A stretch of 64,000 nucleotides of DNA from Rhodospirillaceae bacterium. GTDB taxonomy: Bacteria > Pseudomonadota > Gammaproteobacteria > Steroidobacterales > Rariloculaceae. Shown here in pieces: positions 46,877 through 56,308 of this stretch. The notes under the pieces are model-generated. The model was not told the DNA's origin and ran no database searches. It saw nothing but the letters and a program-made list of their open reading frames with translations. Position 1 is the stretch's first letter; each line of letters opens with the position of its first letter. The DNA is taken from contig PBDA01000031.1 in the NCBI GenBank assembly GCA_002718345.1, positions 17,260 through 81,259 on the forward strand, read 5' to 3'. The translations under genes and the position numbers were made by a program.

Positions 46877-48727
46877 ATGACGATACAAAGGCAAAACAAG
46901 ACAAACAAACCACATCCACTAACTGGCGTAGAGATGAGCGGAGCAGAGATGATTGTTCAGATTCTCGCTGATCAGGGTGTTGATACGATTTTTGGTTATA
47001 GTGGTGGCGCTATTCTCCCAACATTTGACGCTGTTTTCAGATATAACGAAGAAAATACGACAAATGGTGAAGATCCCATTTCTTTCATTGTTCCTGCTAA
47101 TGAACAGGGCGCATGCTTCATGGCTTCAGGCTATGCTCGGGCAACAGGAAAAGTAGGGGCAGTGATAGTTACGTCTGGCCCTGGCGCAACGAACTGTGTG
47201 ACTCCGGTCCGTGATTGTATTGCTGATTCCATTCCTATGTTGGTAATTTGCGGGCAAGTCCCTACTTCTTCAATCGGCACCGATGCCTTTCAGGAAGCTC
47301 CTGTAAACAGTGTTATGGGTTCTGTAGCAAAACATGTTTTTTTGATCACTGACCCAGAACGGTTAGAAATGACAATGCGGTCAGCTATTGAAATTGCTCA
47401 GTCCGGCCGCCCTGGGCCAGTAGTTATAGACGTTCCTAAAGATGTTCAAAACTGGGTGGGTCCTTATCGTGGAGACGGTATTCTCCCAATCCCTGGATAC
47501 AACAATCGAGTTCAAGCTTCATATAACAACACCATGACTGATGAAATGTGTGGTGAGTTTTTTGATTTGCTAGATAAAAGTGAGCGACCCCTAATCTATG
47601 CAGGAGGAGGCGTCATTAATGCAAATGCTGCAGAAGCAATGAGATCATTTGCTCTTACTTTTAAAATCCCGGTGGTCACCACCCTGATGGGACTTGGCAG
47701 TTTCGATACTAAGCATCCACTTGCTTTGCACATGTTAGGAATGCATGGTACAGCTTACGCCAATTATGCTGTAGATGATTGCGATCTACTTATTGCCTTG
47801 GGGAGTAGATTTGATGACCGTGTTGCCGGTGATCCATCAAAATTTGCCCGTAATGCAAAGAAAATTCTACATTTTGATATCGATCCATCAGAAATTAATA
47901 AAGTCAAAAATTCTGATTGGCATTACGTAGGTCTGATGGAGCCAGCGTTAGAGGCACTTACAAGCTATGGATCACAAAAAGAAATCAAAAAAGATTTTGG
48001 TAATTGGCATGACCACCTTAAAAAACTTAAGGATCGCTATGCGCTGAATTATGACCGAAATAGCAAACTCATTCAGCCCAACTATATTATCGAAACAATC
48101 AATAAAATAACCAAAGGTCAGGCAATTATTTCAACGGGTGTAGGCCAGCATCAAATGTGGGCAGCGCAATACTTTGATTTTTGTCAGCCTCGTTTGTGGA
48201 TGACATCGGGCAGCATGGGCACGATGGGATTTGGACTGCCTGCTGCTATAGGCGCGCAGTTTGGTCAACCACAAAAATTAGTTATTGATGTAGATGGAGA
48301 TGCAAGTATACGTATGAATCTTGGCGAATTAGAAACAGTAACAACATATGAACTTCCTATTAAAGTTCTCGTGCTCAATAATTATGGCGATGGTATGGTC
48401 ATGCAGTGGCAGCGTTTATTTTTTAAAGGACGACTTTCTGCTAGTGATAAATCATTGCGCAAGAAAAACTTTGTTGCATCTGCCAAGGCTGATGGATTTA
48501 AATACGCAAAACGGCTTGACAAAAAACAAGATGTGCCTGGGGTTCTTAAAGAATTTATCTCTTACGAGGGACCAGCTTTTCTTGAAGTAATTATCGACCC
48601 TGAAGCTGGGGTTTACCCAATGGTCCCACCCGGAATGTCATACAAAGATATGTTGACTGGTGATCATATACCAAATCGCTATGATGGACGTGAAGCAGTA
48701 AAACCCGATGAATCAGAATTATTCTAA
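46877..48727 (+). CDS. ilvI: Acetolactate synthase large subunit (biosynthetic type)
   Basis: 616 aa. It is a TPP enzyme with GAEMIVQILADQGVDTIFGYSGGAILP and the TPP-binding region GSMGTMGFGLPAAIGA...DGDASIRMN...LNN. Confidence 0.93.
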   Translation: MTIQRQNKTNKPHPLTGVEMSGAEMIVQILADQGVDTIFGYSGGAILPTFDAVFRYNEENTTNGEDPISFIVPANEQGACFMASGYARATGKVGAVIVTSGPGATNCVTPVRDCIADSIPMLVICGQVPTSSIGTDAFQEAPVNSVMGSVAKHVFLITDPERLEMTMRSAIEIAQSGRPGPVVIDVPKDVQNWVGPYRGDGILPIPGYNNRVQASYNNTMTDEMCGEFFDLLDKSERPLIYAGGGVINANAAEAMRSFALTFKIPVVTTLMGLGSFDTKHPLALHMLGMHGTAYANYAVDDCDLLIALGSRFDDRVAGDPSKFARNAKKILHFDIDPSEINKVKNSDWHYVGLMEPALEALTSYGSQKEIKKDFGNWHDHLKKLKDRYALNYDRNSKLIQPNYIIETINKITKGQAIISTGVGQHQMWAAQYFDFCQPRLWMTSGSMGTMGFGLPAAIGAQFGQPQKLVIDVDGDASIRMNLGELETVTTYELPIKVLVLNNYGDGMVMQWQRLFFKGRLSASDKSLRKKNFVASAKADGFKYAKRLDKKQDVPGVLKEFISYEGPAFLEVIIDPEAGVYPMVPPGMSYKDMLTGDHIPNRYDGREAVKPDESELF

Positions 48728-48750
48728 GTTCAAAAAAGATTAATTCTATT

Positions 48751-49998
48751 TTAGTTGAAGGCATCTCTGGCAACTAAGATTACTGAATCAATTAATTGAT
48801 TTAAGTCGTTGGAATTAATAACAAGCGCAGGCATAAGATAAATCACGTCCCGAAATGGTCTAACCCAAACTCCCTGAGAAATAAATCGTTCCCTTAATAC
48901 ATTAATGTTTGGACAACGCTCAAACTGCACCACGCCAACGGCGCCCTTTACACGAACATCAACTACCGCTGGAAAATCCTCACAAATAGTCAACCCGGCC
49001 TTTAACTGAGCCTCAATAGCCATTGCTTGAGATAAACGTGGCTCACGTTCAAATAGATCTAATGACGCATTAGCGGCTGCGCAACCTAGGGGATTACCAG
49101 AAAATGTTGGGCCATGCATTAATGCCTTATCATAATCGTCAGAAAGAAAGGCTTCGTAGATTTTCTCAGTAGCAACCGTAGCTGCTAAAGGCATTGTTCC
49201 GCCAGTAAGTGCTTTAGAAAGAGCAATTATATCAGGCTCAATAGTAGCCTCTTCGAATGCAAAAAGTGCTCCGGTTCGGCCAAAACCAGTAGCAATTTCA
49301 TCTAATATCAATAACAAACCATACCTTTTAGCTATATCGGCAATGGCGGCTAAAGTCTCTGGTTCATGGAATCGCATTCCTGCTGCAGCCTGAACTAATG
49401 GTTCTACCATTACACCTGCAAGTTCATTTGCATGGTTTGCAACAACACTTTCAAATGCAATCAGCTTTTCCTTATCACGTGGCAAGTCCACCATTATTTG
49501 ATCTGCTAAAACACCCTGAAAAAGGTGATGCATCCCATCTTCAGGATCACAAACAGACATGGCGCCAAAAGTGTCTCCATGATAACCATCTCGAAAACTC
49601 AAAAAACGAGTACGTCCCTTAATGCCTTTATTTGTCCAATATTGCAAAGCCATTTTCATGGCTATTTCGATCGATACAGATCCTGATTCCGAATAAAAAA
49701 CATGATTCAACTGGCCAGGAAGCAATTTTACCAACCGATCAGTAAGCCTAAGAACTGGTTCGTGAACCAATCCTCCTAACATGATGTGAGGCATTTGATT
49801 CAGTTGCTCTATAACAGCTGCTTTGATGTGAGGATGATTGTATCCATGACAAGCAGTCCACCAAGATCCAATACCATCGATAAGTGTTCGCCCATCTTTC
49901 AAGTGAATCCGTACTCCCTCCGTTCGATCTGCAATAATTGATCCAGGAGCTTTCTGCATCTGACGATAAGGCAACCATGGCTGCTTCCAACTCATCAA
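48751..49998 (-). CDS. bioA: Adenosylmethionine-8-amino-7-oxononanoate aminotransferase
   Basis: 415 aa, class III aminotransferase, with SWWTACHGYNHP, DEIATGFGRTG and the PLP-Lys context ALSKALTGG. Confidence 0.92.
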   Translation of the reverse strand: MMSWKQPWLPYRQMQKAPGSIIADRTEGVRIHLKDGRTLIDGIGSWWTACHGYNHPHIKAAVIEQLNQMPHIMLGGLVHEPVLRLTDRLVKLLPGQLNHVFYSESGSVSIEIAMKMALQYWTNKGIKGRTRFLSFRDGYHGDTFGAMSVCDPEDGMHHLFQGVLADQIMVDLPRDKEKLIAFESVVANHANELAGVMVEPLVQAAAGMRFHEPETLAAIADIAKRYGLLLILDEIATGFGRTGALFAFEEATIEPDIIALSKALTGGTMPLAATVATEKIYEAFLSDDYDKALMHGPTFSGNPLGCAAANASLDLFEREPRLSQAMAIEAQLKAGLTICEDFPAVVDVRVKGAVGVVQFERCPNINVLRERFISQGVWVRPFRDVIYLMPALVINSNDLNQLIDSVILVARDAFN

Positions 49999-50076
49999 AA
50001 AACCTTAATTTAAATTATTTAACATAAATATTAGCGAAGTCTGGATATACTCGCGCTTAAGAGCAATAACCTTACT

Positions 50077-51432
50077 ATGAAAATGAATCAGATCAATTGT
50101 TTTAAAGCATATGATATAAGAGGTCGAGTCCCTGAAGAACTTAATCCAGATATCGCATACAGTATAAGTCGGGCCTATGCTGAATTTATCAACGCGAGAA
50201 AAATAGCTTTATGTCGAGATGTACGCTTATCCAGCGAAATGCTTACTAATGCTATTTTTGATGGATTAACTGACTCAGGCGTAGATGTATTTGACCTAGG
50301 CGTAGGTGGAACAGAGTTTGTTTATTTTGGGACATTCCATAATAAACTAGATGGAGGAATAATGGTCACTGCCAGTCATAACCCTCCAAACTACAATGGA
50401 ATGAAGCTTGTCAGGGAACAATGCCGTCCTATAAGTGAAGATACTGGTCTACGAGATATTAAATTATTGGCTGAAGAAGCAAATTTCCCAAAACCTTTGA
50501 CATCTGGGATTCTGCAGAAAATTGATCTTATGTCAGAATATATTAGTCACTTACTAACCTATATTGATACTGATAATTTATTTTCCAAAAAAATTGTTGT
50601 TAACGCCGGCAATGGTGGAGCCGGCCCAGTGATTGATCAACTTGAAAAACACCTACCCTTTGAGTTCATAAAAATAAATCATGAACCAGACGGTACGTTT
50701 CCTAACGGGGTACCAAATCCAATGCTAAAGGAGAATCGTTTCTCTACGGGTAATTGCGTAAGACAATCCGGAGCAGATTTAGGAATTGCATGGGATGGTG
50801 ATTTTGATCGATGTTTTTTCTTTGATGAAAATGGGAGATTCATTGATGGGTATTATATTGTTGGTCTTCTTGCTGAAAGCTTTCTGACCAAGTCTCAAGA
50901 TGAGCGAATCGTTCATGATCCCAGACTAATATGGAATACATTAGATATAATCCAAAAAAACTACGGCATACCAATACAGAGTAAGTCAGGGCACGCATTC
51001 ATCAAACAAACTATGCGAGAAGAAGATGCAATCTATGGGGGAGAGATGAGTGCACACCATTACTTCCGTGATTTCTCTTATGCTGACAGCGGAATGATCC
51101 CTTGGCTTTTAGTGGTTGAAATAATGTGCCAAAGAAAAATGTCATTATCAGAGCTAGTTAATGAACGGATCAGTCTTTTCCCTGCTAGCGGAGAAATAAA
51201 TCGCGAGGTAGATAATGCTATAGAAATTCTCGAGAAAATAGAAAAAAATTATGCTGAAAAAGCCCTAAAGACAGAATACGTTGATGGCCTAAGTATGGAA
51301 TTTTCTAACTGGCGATTTAATGTTAGAGCTTCTAATACAGAGCCATTACTGCGCCTTAACGTCGAATCATCTAATGACATAACATTAATGGAAAAACAAA
51401 CTAACGAGCTGTTGGCTCTGATCAAAAGCTAG
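50077..51432 (+). CDS. Phosphomannomutase/phosphoglucomutase
   Basis: 451 aa with the active-site motif TASHNPPNYNG, metal loop WDGDFDR and sugar-binding motif GGEMSAHH. Confidence 0.9.
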   Translation: MKMNQINCFKAYDIRGRVPEELNPDIAYSISRAYAEFINARKIALCRDVRLSSEMLTNAIFDGLTDSGVDVFDLGVGGTEFVYFGTFHNKLDGGIMVTASHNPPNYNGMKLVREQCRPISEDTGLRDIKLLAEEANFPKPLTSGILQKIDLMSEYISHLLTYIDTDNLFSKKIVVNAGNGGAGPVIDQLEKHLPFEFIKINHEPDGTFPNGVPNPMLKENRFSTGNCVRQSGADLGIAWDGDFDRCFFFDENGRFIDGYYIVGLLAESFLTKSQDERIVHDPRLIWNTLDIIQKNYGIPIQSKSGHAFIKQTMREEDAIYGGEMSAHHYFRDFSYADSGMIPWLLVVEIMCQRKMSLSELVNERISLFPASGEINREVDNAIEILEKIEKNYAEKALKTEYVDGLSMEFSNWRFNVRASNTEPLLRLNVESSNDITLMEKQTNELLALIKS

Positions 51433-51481
51433 TACCCTCAGAAAATTAATTATCCTAAAAACTAAGCCCATACTAAGGGAG

Positions 51482-52648
51482 ATGGGATTGAGCAACGCAC
51501 GTTTAAAAGAGTTTGCGCAAGCCAAACTGGCTGATCTTGAAAAACTTGACTTACGTCGAGAACTGGCGGATACCGCACGTTTTTCTGGTGGAAAAATACA
51601 CCGAAGTGCTAAAAAGCTAATTTCTTTTTCATGTAATGACTACCTTGGACTCACTCATCACCCTGATGTAATCAAAGCAAGTCAGGAAGCCACCCAAACA
51701 TTTGGCACAGGATCCGGCGGATCCAGACTTGTCAGTGGGAACAATCCACTTAATAGTCAGCTCGAAGCATTACTTTCTAAAATCAAAGGAACTGAAGACG
51801 CGGTAATATTTGGTAGTGGCTACCTAGCTAATGTAGGAGTCATACCATCATTAGTGGGCCGTGATGACTTGATTTTGATAGATGAATTATCCCACTCATG
51901 TCTTTTTGCTGGTGCAAAGCTAGCAAATGCTAACATTATCCCTTTTAAACATCGTGATACAACTGAAGTAAGTAACCTGCTTTCTACCCATAGAAAATTA
52001 TTTCGACATTGCTTAGTTTTAACTGATGGTGTTTTCAGTATGGATGGCGATATTGCCCCCATTTTAGAATTACATGAGCTATGCGAAAAAAATGGGGCAT
52101 GGTTGATGACGGACGATGCCCATGGATTAGGCGTTATCCATGAAGGCCGAGGTTCCAGCATTGTTGATGGCTATGAGGTACCAGTACCATTGCAAGTTGG
52201 CACTCTTTCTAAGGCAGTGGGGGCCTATGGTGGCTATCTCTGTGCAAACAGAGAAATTACAGAACTGATGCGTAACCGAGCTAGAAGTCTGATGTACACA
52301 ACAGCCTTGCCACCTGGAACTCTGGCCGCAGCTATTGCAGCTCTAAAGATAATAGATACTAATATCGAATTAACAAATAGACCATTAGCATTTGCCCGTC
52401 TTTTTTCAGATTTTTTAAGCCTTGAGCCACCTGAAAGTCCAATTGTAGTTATTCAATTGGGGAATCCCGAACGCACAATCAAGGCATCTAAATGGTTAGA
52501 AGAGCAAGGCTACCTGGCAGTAGCTATCCGGCCTCCCACAGTACCAGAGGGCACATCTCGGTTACGTTGTACATTTTCAGCAACTCACACCCAAGATCAA
52601 GTATATGATTTCGCAAAAAAAGTACAGAAAATTCTAGAAAAAAAATGA
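51482..52648 (+). CDS. bioF: 8-amino-7-oxononanoate synthase
   Basis: 388 aa with NDYLGL, DDAHGLG and the PLP-Lys context GTLSKAVG. Confidence 0.9.
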   Translation: MGLSNARLKEFAQAKLADLEKLDLRRELADTARFSGGKIHRSAKKLISFSCNDYLGLTHHPDVIKASQEATQTFGTGSGGSRLVSGNNPLNSQLEALLSKIKGTEDAVIFGSGYLANVGVIPSLVGRDDLILIDELSHSCLFAGAKLANANIIPFKHRDTTEVSNLLSTHRKLFRHCLVLTDGVFSMDGDIAPILELHELCEKNGAWLMTDDAHGLGVIHEGRGSSIVDGYEVPVPLQVGTLSKAVGAYGGYLCANREITELMRNRARSLMYTTALPPGTLAAAIAALKIIDTNIELTNRPLAFARLFSDFLSLEPPESPIVVIQLGNPERTIKASKWLEEQGYLAVAIRPPTVPEGTSRLRCTFSATHTQDQVYDFAKKVQKILEKK

Positions 52649-53316
52649 AAAAATTTTTTTTGACATCTACAGGAACTGGCATTGGTAAAACATTTGTTGC
52701 ACAAGTTCTAATCCAGCAATTACTTAAAAAAAAATACAGTGTTAGAGCAATTAAACCAATTTTGACAGGTTTCAATAAAAGGAATGAGAGATCCAACGAT
52801 GCAGGTCTTCTTTTAAATTCAATGGGGCTAGATATATCTTCTGAAAATATATCAAGCATAAGTCCCTGGACATTTAAGCACCCACTTTCTCCTGATTTGG
52901 CAGCCTTTCGAGAAGGATCCAGAATTTCTTTGAGGGAATTAGTGGGATTCTGTAGGCAAAGCTACGACGCAGATGTGGTACTTATTGAAGGAATTGGTGG
53001 GATCATGGTTCCTCTAAATCAAAATAATACAGTACTTGACTGGATTATTAGTCTAAATGCACCAGTTCTATTAATCGTTGGTAGTTATCTAGGAACATTT
53101 AGCCATACGCTTACAGCTATAGGCATGTTGAAGGAAAAAGCGGTCAATATAGCTGGAATAATTATAAATGAGTCGACTAACCAACCAATCTCATCCGAAG
53201 AAACAGCAGAAGTTATCTCAAGATTCACCAAAAATATTCCTATTCAAGTACTCCCAAGATGCACTACCCCGGAACATGCCTCAGATCTATTACCTCTTAT
53301 AAATAGGTATCTGTAA
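52645..53316 (+). CDS. bioD: Dethiobiotin synthase
   Basis: 223 aa with the P-loop TGTGIGKT and EGIGGIMVPL. It overlaps bioF by 4 nt. Confidence 0.88.
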   Translation: MKKFFLTSTGTGIGKTFVAQVLIQQLLKKKYSVRAIKPILTGFNKRNERSNDAGLLLNSMGLDISSENISSISPWTFKHPLSPDLAAFREGSRISLRELVGFCRQSYDADVVLIEGIGGIMVPLNQNNTVLDWIISLNAPVLLIVGSYLGTFSHTLTAIGMLKEKAVNIAGIIINESTNQPISSEETAEVISRFTKNIPIQVLPRCTTPEHASDLLPLINRYL

Positions 53317-53344
53317 ATCAAAAAAACAATAATAAATTACGTGG

Positions 53345-54295
53345 TCAGTAAATCACTGCTGGATTAACCGTTGAACCTGTTGCACCGAGTATCTTCAAGG
53401 GTTGCATTACAAATGCAAATTCATATACATCTCGTTTTGCAAGTTCATCCAGTTTTAAGCGTTCAAGCAAATGAATCCCGTTCACAACTAACATAATTTG
53501 ATGCACAGGCAGAGAGAGCTCTGGATCAGGGTTTGGCTGTACCTCTACTGGCTGATTATCGGCGCCTACAATCATAGGATTTTTAGCCGCAAGCCACTCA
53601 GCAGCCTCTACGCCAATGCCTGGCCCGCCACGCAAATAACGAGGGACATCTAACTCCCAAAGGACACCCCACCCCGTGTGAATAATTACAGCATCTCCAG
53701 ATTCAATTGATAAATCATGCCTTTCAAGCTCAGCCTGGATATCTTCAACTGTAATTTCATAATCTTCAGCTAGCATATCAACGCCTTTCAACTCAGCGAT
53801 ATCTAATAATATTCCCCGAGTCATAAGCATAGGCACATTCTCTATCCCAAGGCTGGTAAACCCATTTCGAGTCATTGTTTCATCAACCCGAAAACAGTTA
53901 TAAAAAGTATTACCTATGCTCTGATGGCTAAAGCCATCAAGCTGTGTACCAATTTGTCCAAGTTCGGTAACAACGAGTTCTTCATTTGATCCTCTTCTAT
54001 TTGACAAAGGATTCATCGATGTAGGCTTTGGAAAAAGATCAAAATGTCTTGATCCAAGCGGGATAGAGCCATGCAATACATTACCTAACTCAACAATTTC
54101 GCCTTGGCGTATCAATTGCGCTGCGCGCATCACCGCTGCAGGTCCCATGAGATTAGCAGAGCCAAGTTGGTCGCCAGCACCCCATTGAGATGGACAACGA
54201 TCTACTTCGGCTGGTGGAGTCCAAGACTGCGCTTCTACCATCTTCCAAGTTAGTGTATTCAGCATAAAAAATATCATGATTGAAAAAAATCGCAT
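53345..54295 (-). CDS. Secreted cyclase-family (kynurenine formamidase-like fold) protein with a variant metal motif
   Basis: 316 aa with a signal peptide ending VEAQS. It has the cyclase-family layout (GTQLDGFSH, IIHTGW). The canonical HxGTHxDxPxH reads QIGTQLDGFSH here. Confidence 0.75.
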   Translation of the reverse strand: MRFFSIMIFFMLNTLTWKMVEAQSWTPPAEVDRCPSQWGAGDQLGSANLMGPAAVMRAAQLIRQGEIVELGNVLHGSIPLGSRHFDLFPKPTSMNPLSNRRGSNEELVVTELGQIGTQLDGFSHQSIGNTFYNCFRVDETMTRNGFTSLGIENVPMLMTRGILLDIAELKGVDMLAEDYEITVEDIQAELERHDLSIESGDAVIIHTGWGVLWELDVPRYLRGGPGIGVEAAEWLAAKNPMIVGADNQPVEVQPNPDPELSLPVHQIMLVVNGIHLLERLKLDELAKRDVYEFAFVMQPLKILGATGSTVNPAVIY

Positions 54296-54410
54296 CTGCC
54301 TCTCCTTTTTGTTTTAAGCGTTGTTAGCTTTAGTTGCTTAAAAATAAAGTTAACGGATGACGGTGGATATTACGCTAAATTTTGATCATTGACTTGATAC
54401 AGACATCAAC

Positions 54411-54438
54411 AAAAAAGGCACGCCCCAAAAGACGTGCC
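54411..54438 (-). terminator. Rho-independent terminator closing the 63.8-54.4 kb operon
   Basis: The minus strand reads GGCACGTC-TTTTGG-GGCGTGCC, an 8-bp stem including one G-U pair with a 6-nt loop, followed by TTTTTT. It begins about 20 nt after the OmpA-like stop codon. Confidence 0.7.
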
Positions 54439-54457
54439 CTGAGGATTAACCCGACCG

Positions 54458-55210
54458 CTACTGTTGGGCTACTCGATTGTTCTGGGTATTTCTGATTAGT
54501 GTTAAGTCAACTCGCCTTTCCATTGCCATCGCATCAACATCATTTTCTTCAGCCGAAGCGAAAGCTTCCCCATGCGCATTCATAATGACTCTGCTAGCAG
54601 GTACACCTCCTCTGACTAAAGCTTCCTTGACAGCAGCAACACGCTCCTCAGCAAGTTGCTTGTTATCCAACAATGAGCCACGAGCATCTGTATGGCCATC
54701 GATTCGAATCATAGTGTTATCAAGACGAGCTAATAACTCAGACAAACGAACAAGCCTGGACTCTGTTATATCAGGCAGTTTGCTTTCATTTGTTGTGAAA
54801 AGGACCTTGATATCAAGTGCATCAGTAACACTTGACTGCATTTGGCTATCATTTTCCTGTAACTCAGCCTCAAGCGAAGCAATGATAAATCCATTATCTT
54901 TGATTAAAGCATTTAGTGAGCGTACTTCTGCCTGCGCCTTTGTCCACTTGCGCTCATACTCAAATTGCGCAACATGCTTCATATCCAATATATCCCCAAC
55001 AAAAGCCCCCATTGCTGCGCCAAAAACCAACCCAACAGGACCTCCGGCAAGAGCTCCTATAGCTGCACCACTACCAATCCCAAGAGACTCGTGTTTTGAT
55101 TTTGATACTGCTTCAGAGGTCCAACCGCTAGATATGGACATGAGCAAAATTAAGAAGATGGTTATAGATCTAATCATGGCAAGGCTCCTTTGCTTCAATC
55201 GCCAGTTCAA
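54458..55210 (-). CDS. OmpA-family peptidoglycan-binding protein with an N-terminal Gly-zipper and coiled coil
   Basis: 250 aa. It has a signal peptide (probably from Met12, MIRSITIFLILLMSISSG) and the Gly-zipper GIGSGAAIGALAGGPVGLVFGAAMGAFVG. The OmpA_C motifs are RIDGHTDARGS, NKQLAEERVAAVKEAL and ERRVDL. Confidence 0.85.
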   Translation of the reverse strand: MNWRLKQRSLAMIRSITIFLILLMSISSGWTSEAVSKSKHESLGIGSGAAIGALAGGPVGLVFGAAMGAFVGDILDMKHVAQFEYERKWTKAQAEVRSLNALIKDNGFIIASLEAELQENDSQMQSSVTDALDIKVLFTTNESKLPDITESRLVRLSELLARLDNTMIRIDGHTDARGSLLDNKQLAEERVAAVKEALVRGGVPASRVIMNAHGEAFASAEENDVDAMAMERRVDLTLIRNTQNNRVAQQ

Positions 55211-55303
55211 GTTTTGGTACTGGCTATATTGAAGATCTACCGTGCCCTAGGACTGATCAAAACTAGCAAAACACTCAGAAAAAATGGCGAATTCTGACGA
55301 GGG

Positions 55304-56308
55304 TTATCCGCGTAACGAAGGTAACGCTACAAATGTGCCACCATTTCGCTGACATAACACTCTCATAAGTACCGCAAATCGGGCAGAAGACAGAAGTTCT
55401 CCATTGGTAACCTCATAATAGACTGGGAAAGCTACAGCATGTATTCGCACCCTCCGGGTACCATCTTCACCAGCCTGATTGCGTCTATCTACCTCTCGTA
55501 CAACGGCATTTATCGAGCCTGCAGAAAAATCGTCACTATAAACATAGAGGCTTATTTTTTTAGTGGGGTCATAGAAAGTTTCTATTGCCTCCAAAATACC
55601 TTCCCTAGGACTCGAATTTGAAAATGCTGACCAGTTTCTCAAACCATCAATGATGGCCTCTCTCGTCGACTCAGTATCAGGTATCCACTCATTACGATAA
55701 CTAGCAAACATATATTCGCCCATATCATTAAATACCTGTATTCCTTTCACCTGAGGATAGACTTGAAGGGTCTCAGTAACCTGTTGCTGAACCCGTGTCC
55801 ACGCGTAACGCTGCATACTTCCGGATGTATCAATAATAAAAATAATGTACTCGCTATCTACAGGTATTCCTCCAACCATATAATCGTCAGGGTCTGGCCT
55901 ATAGTCTGCGAGTAACCGTTGCATTTCCTCTGTTAAACGTTGTTTTGCCTGAGCTAAGCGTCCCTCCAATTCATTAGAAAACTCTGCATCACCTTGTGTA
56001 GCTAAAAATTCAGCCCGTATCCTTGTGAGCTCAGCCTGCAATTGCTCAATCTGGGTCTCAGACTGATCCACATTATCTATAGTAGCCAGTCTCTCCCTGC
56101 TAATGATTCTGGTCTCACCAAGAATATCCTCTAACTCCTGCTCATACTTGACTATGAGGTTCTCAAGCTCAACATGGGTCTCTTCCAACCTTATCGGCTC
56201 AAAGATTTTTGTAATCACGAGCAATAGGATTACTGCACCAAATCCACAACAGACAACATCTAAAAAAGAAAGGCTACCTGTATCAACATCTCGACGTTTT
56301 TTCCTCAT
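55304..56308 (-). CDS. TolR/ExbD-like TM anchor - coiled coil - von Willebrand A domain protein (paralog 2)
   Basis: I prefer Met20 of the track ORF as the start (MRKKRRDVDTGSLSFLDVVCCGFGAVILLLVI). It forms an ATGA overlap with the upstream stop and aligns with the paralog N-terminus. The vWA domain has the MIDAS motif DTSGS. Confidence 0.8.
   Translation of the reverse strand: MRKKRRDVDTGSLSFLDVVCCGFGAVILLLVITKIFEPIRLEETHVELENLIVKYEQELEDILGETRIISRERLATIDNVDQSETQIEQLQAELTRIRAEFLATQGDAEFSNELEGRLAQAKQRLTEEMQRLLADYRPDPDDYMVGGIPVDSEYIIFIIDTSGSMQRYAWTRVQQQVTETLQVYPQVKGIQVFNDMGEYMFASYRNEWIPDTESTREAIIDGLRNWSAFSNSSPREGILEAIETFYDPTKKISLYVYSDDFSAGSINAVVREVDRRNQAGEDGTRRVRIHAVAFPVYYEVTNGELLSSARFAVLMRVLCQRNGGTFVALPSLRG

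Noticed and set aside
49999-50076. BirA/bio operator in the bioA-phosphomannomutase divergent spacer
   Set aside because: The spacer is AT-rich with a loose TTAAATAATTTAAATTAA symmetry, but it has no convincing match to the TTGTAAACC-type operator half-sites. Also, bioF and bioD lie behind the phosphomannomutase gene rather than directly at this spacer.
54477-55232. 251-aa ORF on the plus strand
   Set aside because: It is an exact antisense shadow of the OmpA-family gene. The product is low-complexity (Ser/Ala/Ile-rich) with no motif, while the minus-strand frame carries clear Gly-zipper and OmpA_C motifs.
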